From positions 245,095-309,094 of the forward strand of contig JBMNFB010000009.1 in assembly GCA_050949085.1 (NCBI GenBank): a stretch of DNA of 64,000 bases, given 5' to 3'. The position numbers were made by a program, and so were the translations under genes. The stretch comes from Bacillota bacterium (lineage in GTDB: Bacteria > Bacillota > UBA994 > UBA5500). The notes below the pieces were generated by a model that was given only the letters and a program-made list of their open reading frames with translations, was not told the origin of the DNA and did not search any database. Positions 59,545-64,000 of this stretch are shown piece by piece; the first letter of the stretch is position 1, and each line of letters begins with the position of its first letter.

Positions 59545-60852
59545 CTACTCTTCCTGGAAAAGCTCCTCCCACATCTGCAGATAACTCTCCCGGGTATAGG
59601 TAGGTTCAAACTCCTCCCTGGCCCGCAGTGCCAGGGCTGCCTCATCGGCCAGCAGGTCAACCAGGCTGGTGGCCAGCAGCTTCGCCGCCGTCACGTAGGC
59701 CAGTTCCTCATCTTCAATCAGATAGTCGCTGGCATGGCCACGGCCAACCGCACCGCCCACATAGGGCTGGATAGTGGGCATCAGCAGGCTGACGTCGCCT
59801 ATGTCGCTGGAACCGGCGCCATGGCCACCGCGGCTGACAAACTCTTCACCCACCAGCCGGATGGCGTTCTTCTCGAAGATCTCGGTGAGCACCGGATCGT
59901 CAACCCGCGGCAGATAGCCAGGAATCTGGGTGATCTCGACTTCAGCGCCGACGGCCAGCGCTCCGGCCTTCAGGGCGCGATCTACCTTCTTGCTGGCATC
60001 CAGAATGGCATCCATGCGTGCGCCGCGCACGTATGTCTCCATCCGCACATCAGCGGGGATGATGTTCACCAGGTCGCCACCCTTGGTGATGATCGGATGT
60101 ACACGGATATGGTCGGCATCGCGAAACGTTTCCCGCTGGGCATGAATGCCCATCAGGCCCAGGGTAGCCGCGTTGAGGGCGTTAACTCCGGCGTGCGGCG
60201 CACCGCCGGCGTGGGCCTCCTGGCCGCGATAGCGCACCAGCTTGCCGATAAACCCGTTGCTGGTGCCACCCATGACGACCTTCCGGTCACCGCCCGAGGT
60301 GTGGAACATCATCGTGATATCGATGTCGTCCAGCTCGCCCAGCGCGATGAACTCCTGCTTGCCGCCCAGAAACCTGATCTTGCCTTCAGACCGCAGCCGG
60401 TTGCGATACTCAATCTCTACATACTCCTCGGCCGGCACGGCCATGAAAACCACGTCGCCAGCCAGTTCGCTGAACAACCCGGTATCCTTAAGGGCCATCG
60501 CGACACCCAACATGCTGGCAACCTGGGCGTTATGACCGCAGGAATGTGCTGCGCCAGTCTGGGGATCAGCATGCGGATGCTCAGGGCAGACGACTGCATC
60601 CAGCTCACCCATCACTGCCACCTTGACCTTGCTGTCCTTGCCCTTCATCTCCGCCCGCACCCCGGTAATGGCGATGCCCGAGCGGTATTCGAGGCCTAGC
60701 TCAGCAAACGTTTTCTGAACCAGCTCTGCTGCATAAAACTCCTTATAGCCCAGCTCTGGGTGTCGGAACAGATCGCGACCGATACCGATGATCTGGTCCC
60801 GACGGGCGTCAATCGCGGCGCAGAGCCGCTCCTTAATGGTTTGCTTATCCAA
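59545..60852 (-). CDS. M20-family amidohydrolase
   Basis: HPELGYKEF, GELDA, HSCGHN, VPAEE, AHAGGAP..GVNALNAA, GSSDIGD. Confidence 0.92.
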   Translation of the reverse strand: MDKQTIKERLCAAIDARRDQIIGIGRDLFRHPELGYKEFYAAELVQKTFAELGLEYRSGIAITGVRAEMKGKDSKVKVAVMGELDAVVCPEHPHADPQTGAAHSCGHNAQVASMLGVAMALKDTGLFSELAGDVVFMAVPAEEYVEIEYRNRLRSEGKIRFLGGKQEFIALGELDDIDITMMFHTSGGDRKVVMGGTSNGFIGKLVRYRGQEAHAGGAPHAGVNALNAATLGLMGIHAQRETFRDADHIRVHPIITKGGDLVNIIPADVRMETYVRGARMDAILDASKKVDRALKAGALAVGAEVEITQIPGYLPRVDDPVLTEIFEKNAIRLVGEEFVSRGGHGAGSSDIGDVSLLMPTIQPYVGGAVGRGHASDYLIEDEELAYVTAAKLLATSLVDLLADEAALALRAREEFEPTYTRESYLQMWEELFQEE

Positions 60853-60910
60853 TTTCCGTTCCTCCTCGCTACTTGCCTGGATTCATCCTTATGAGTCCAC
60901 CCTGAACAAT

Positions 60911-60937
60911 ATTCAGCAGCTGCCAGGCCAATCCTGC
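60911..60937 (-). promoter_or_regulatory. SigH-type promoter of the amidohydrolase
   Basis: GCAGGA-17 nt-GAAT. Confidence 0.6.
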
Positions 60938-61716
60938 TAGCGCCAGCGGGCCACCTGAATATGGATGCGCCCCTTGCGGCTGACGCCGCCAACTTCTATC
61001 AGCTCAGCTCTACCCTGCCCAGCCAGTGAGAGAATCGCCCCTTCCTCCACGACTCGGTCGACTCGCTGCTCAGGGAGGAAGTTCAGCTTCAGCTTGCCGC
61101 CACGGATCAAGGCGGCCGCCTCACTGCGCGAGAGTTGATATGCCGCGGCCACCACCGCGTCCAGACGCAGGCTGGCCACAGTAGCTGTCCTCACCTGCCG
61201 CTGGCGCTGGGGTGGCTCAACCCGTGTCAGGTCCAGAACCTCCACCTGGATGGCGGCTGAGCCGATGGATGACCAGTTGCAGAGCAGGTAGTCAGCCACG
61301 CTCTGGTGCACCATCACCTGCCCCCCTGTCGGCCGGACCAGGATATCTCCCAGGAATTCGCGCTTGATGCCCAACGCCAGCAGCGAGCCAAGATAGTCGC
61401 GATGCGCCAGCTTCGCGAACTGGAAGTTGCCCGTGACCTGCAGCGCCAGCAACGGATAGTCATTAGCGACCGGGGCGCAGTCATCGGGCAGGAAGGCTAT
61501 GATCTCCCGTTCGGCACCGGGGTAACCGCCAAAACTGGCCAGACCGGCGCTCCAGAGGTAACTGTATTGGTGGATCAGTGAGCGCTGTCCCGGATCGAGA
61601 AAATAGCTATAGGCGATCCGCCAATCGCGCTCGGCCTGTTCGGCCTTGTCCCAGGCATGAGCCAGCAGCTGCCGCTGGTCGCCGGGAAGACGCTCCAGAA
61701 CACTGCGCTTTGTCAT
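60937..61716 (-). CDS. ylmH: YlmH/Sll1252 family S4 RNA-binding protein
   Basis: FLDP, GGYPGAER, HRDYLGSLLALGIKRE..GDI, SLRLDAV, S4 domain. Confidence 0.88.
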   Translation of the reverse strand: MTKRSVLERLPGDQRQLLAHAWDKAEQAERDWRIAYSYFLDPGQRSLIHQYSYLWSAGLASFGGYPGAEREIIAFLPDDCAPVANDYPLLALQVTGNFQFAKLAHRDYLGSLLALGIKREFLGDILVRPTGGQVMVHQSVADYLLCNWSSIGSAAIQVEVLDLTRVEPPQRQRQVRTATVASLRLDAVVAAAYQLSRSEAAALIRGGKLKLNFLPEQRVDRVVEEGAILSLAGQGRAELIEVGGVSRKGRIHIQVARWR

Positions 61717-61845
61717 TGATCATCCTCCCTGAGTTGCAGGCCCCGAGCCGGGGCGCACCTGGCGTCGCCAGACCTGCTTACCAACAGAAACGCCCGGCCA
61801 TTCCTGGGTAGCGCCGGGCGTTTTTCTAGCATAGTTAACTGCCTG

Positions 61846-62976
61846 TCATCGTTTTCTGACTGCCCTGGAGGGCGAAGCCTTCGCCGGTGGAGGCACGATG
61901 CGCAGCCTGGGCCGCTGCTTCAGCTCCTGAGCTTCCCCCGGCGTGTGACCCTTCAACCCCCACAGCCTGGTCTGCTGCCGCATGGCTGCAATCAGGGAGA
62001 GCACGGCGGCTGCCTCGTCATACGATCGCACCGGCACCCCGATATGCCCCAGCTGGTGCAGCACCACTTCGGCAGACAGATCGTTATTGACAGAAGCTAT
62101 TAAAGCCCAGATCGCCGTCATCGCCTCTTCATCACTCAGCCCGCAATGATCCAGCAGATACTGGCCCAGCGCTTCATATTCGTCCGACCAAGCAGTGATG
62201 AATTCCTGGCCGGCTGTTATGGCCTCGTCCAGCTGCAGGCGGCGATAGTCCAGGTCGGGGTGTTTCCCCTGCTCAGCGATAATCCGTTCTACATCCAGCA
62301 CGCGAAAATCATGCAGATAAACCGAGTTTCGGGCGAAGCGGCCCGTGGCTTCCCCGAGACCTGCGCCCAGATCCAGCAGTCGCTCAGCGCTAACGTCAAA
62401 CCCCAGTCTCTGCAGGATCTGCTGCAGGTCATCCGCCCGGATAGATCCGTAGTGGGTCAGATGGCCCTGAATGGTCAGCAGCAGCCGTTCATTCTCACTG
62501 ACCCGGTCGCGGATCTCCTTGCTCTTCAGCCAGGGGCGGCAGGCCTCCAACAGCTCAGTCGGCATCACCATTGCCAACCCCTGCCCCTCCAGGTAGCCGG
62601 TGTATGCCAGGCCTGTCTCACGCAGGTAACGGGCCACCGTCGGCTCAATTGCTGCGCCGATCAGCGCCAATCCGCGGCTATCGACAACTTGACGCACTAT
62701 ATCCCAGCAGACCTCATCCAGCGCTTCTATCTGCTGCCGCACGCAGCGCGGCAACTCCTCTTCCAGAACGGCAACCAGCTCTGCCTTGTGCAGCCTGCTC
62801 AGGCCGCTCAAGCCCAGCCGCCGCCGAATCTCCACCAACTCTTCCTTAGGCAGGCGATTGAGATGATAGCGCAAACTGCGCTCGAGAGCCATCGGCCGGG
62901 TGAGCCCAAGTCGCTCCCATTCCGTCTGCCTGACGCCCTGCCTTAACTCATCAACCCAGGCCGGAAACTCATCCAT
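61846..62976 (-). CDS. Conserved hypothetical protein
   Basis: GLSRLHKAELV, TRLWGLKGHTP; strong AGGAGGAGG RBS. Confidence 0.75.
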   Translation of the reverse strand: MDEFPAWVDELRQGVRQTEWERLGLTRPMALERSLRYHLNRLPKEELVEIRRRLGLSGLSRLHKAELVAVLEEELPRCVRQQIEALDEVCWDIVRQVVDSRGLALIGAAIEPTVARYLRETGLAYTGYLEGQGLAMVMPTELLEACRPWLKSKEIRDRVSENERLLLTIQGHLTHYGSIRADDLQQILQRLGFDVSAERLLDLGAGLGEATGRFARNSVYLHDFRVLDVERIIAEQGKHPDLDYRRLQLDEAITAGQEFITAWSDEYEALGQYLLDHCGLSDEEAMTAIWALIASVNNDLSAEVVLHQLGHIGVPVRSYDEAAAVLSLIAAMRQQTRLWGLKGHTPGEAQELKQRPRLRIVPPPAKASPSRAVRKR

Positions 62977-63138
62977 TCTCTATCGTCTCCCTCCTCCTAA
63001 TGCACAGTTTACCCAACTGCTGCAAGCCTTGTCCAGACAGCTCCGCCTCCTGCACTGCTAAGTTCGCGAACTGCCATCGTTTCCCTCTTACAGGCATGCA
63101 GAAGGCCCGGATTGCTCCGGGCCACGGGATGAAGCCAC

Positions 63139-63528
63139 TTAGGCGTCCTTACTCTCCAGCAGATCATCCAGCGGAAACACGAAGACGCCCCGCTTCGCAT
63201 CAAACTGGCCAACAACTTTGCTCAGGGCGATACCCAGTTCCTCCGCCCAGCTGGCAACGGCTGCCGACGAGATAACTGCCGAACTGGATCGACTTCCCTT
63301 GGATACCTTGAGGCTGCCTTCAGACGGCTTGGCCGGCGCGATGATGAAGGCCCTGCCGTCGAGCACGCCCAGCCGTACATAATCTATCCCCCGTTCCTCG
63401 AGAGCTCTGGTCAAGCTGGCGTTGAGCCGAACGCCGCGCGGCTTCACTGTAAACGTCAGTGTAAGGGGCCTGTCTATAGCAGCTCTTCTACTTTGACGGA
63501 GCTGTTCAAACCATGCGATGTCACTCAA
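63139..63528 (-). CDS. Hypothetical protein
   Basis: 129-aa ORF with AAGGAGG RBS before TTG. Confidence 0.65.
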   Translation of the reverse strand: MSDIAWFEQLRQSRRAAIDRPLTLTFTVKPRGVRLNASLTRALEERGIDYVRLGVLDGRAFIIAPAKPSEGSLKVSKGSRSSSAVISSAAVASWAEELGIALSKVVGQFDAKRGVFVFPLDDLLESKDA

Positions 63529-63744
63529 TTTATAAGCCTCCTTTCGTCTCCAATATTAAAGACCGGCGTTTCATAATTAAGATTTTGCTGTTCATTTGTA
63601 GCTTATCGTATTTTTCCAAGCAGGACAACTACCTTTCGCAGTTTTCGTGGAATTATCGTCAAGTGAAACTATTGGGAAGGGAACAGCCAACCAGCTGTGG
63701 AACAGTAAGGCAAAGCTGCTATCTGCGAAAAGGAGGGGCTTTTA

Positions 63745-64000
63745 GTGCAGTACATCGTCACCGAAACTGAATTGAAACGGTATCTGGATGAGCTGGAAGG
63801 GAGACTGGAGGAGATCGGCAACCGCATGGGAGAACTGAGCTTCCAGAGGTATGTCGACAGAAAACCCAATCCGGAGCTGGCGGACCTGCAACAGCAACGC
63901 GCAGCCATCATGCTGGACAAGCGCCTCGCAGAGCTGGTGGAAAACTGGGTGAACCGCGTAGCCGATCCGCTGTTGCAGAAACGCCTCCAGGCCTGGAGCA
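63745..64000 (+). CDS. Partial CDS running off the right edge (possibly an M2/M3-type peptidase N-terminus)
   Basis: AGGAGG RBS, GTG start, open frame VQYIVTETELKRYLDELEG...DPLLQKRLQAWS; the function is a guess. Confidence 0.6.
   Translation, partial: MQYIVTETELKRYLDELEGRLEEIGNRMGELSFQRYVDRKPNPELADLQQQRAAIMLDKRLAELVENWVNRVADPLLQKRLQAWS

Overview
This is a GC-rich Bacillota (Firmicutes) chromosomal backbone. Almost all genes are on the minus strand; only rnj and a truncated gene at the right edge are on +. In transcription order (right to left): hypotheticals, ylmH, M20 amidohydrolase, DUF3100 pair, SAM-I riboswitch-metK, degS-degU, a secretin-less Flp/Tad pilus operon, recD2, a ComFA homologue, pxpABC, comFC, csp, hpf, a CofC-like/RCK fusion, secA, prfB (programmed +1 frameshift), a csaB/tagA secondary cell-wall-polymer locus, split transketolase, [rnj on +], ftsE-ftsX-M23-MinJ-like, uvrB-uvrA-uvrC, dnaD-dnaC, a DUF2089/SHOCT/PspC/YvlD envelope-stress module, and an AbrB-like regulator with a heterodimeric ABC exporter. 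No rRNA, tRNA, CRISPR array or transposase was seen. The most interesting signal is the degSU-tad-recD2-comFA*-pxpABC-comFC block. Its ComFA is full length but has lost the ATP-binding residues of motifs I, II, V and VI, it sits directly behind an intact RecD2 helicase, and the Tad operon carries an alternative-hairpin attenuator after the pilin gene. This is a candidate non-canonical (Tad-pilus) DNA-uptake system. All calls come from reading motifs by eye; no searches or folding programs were run.
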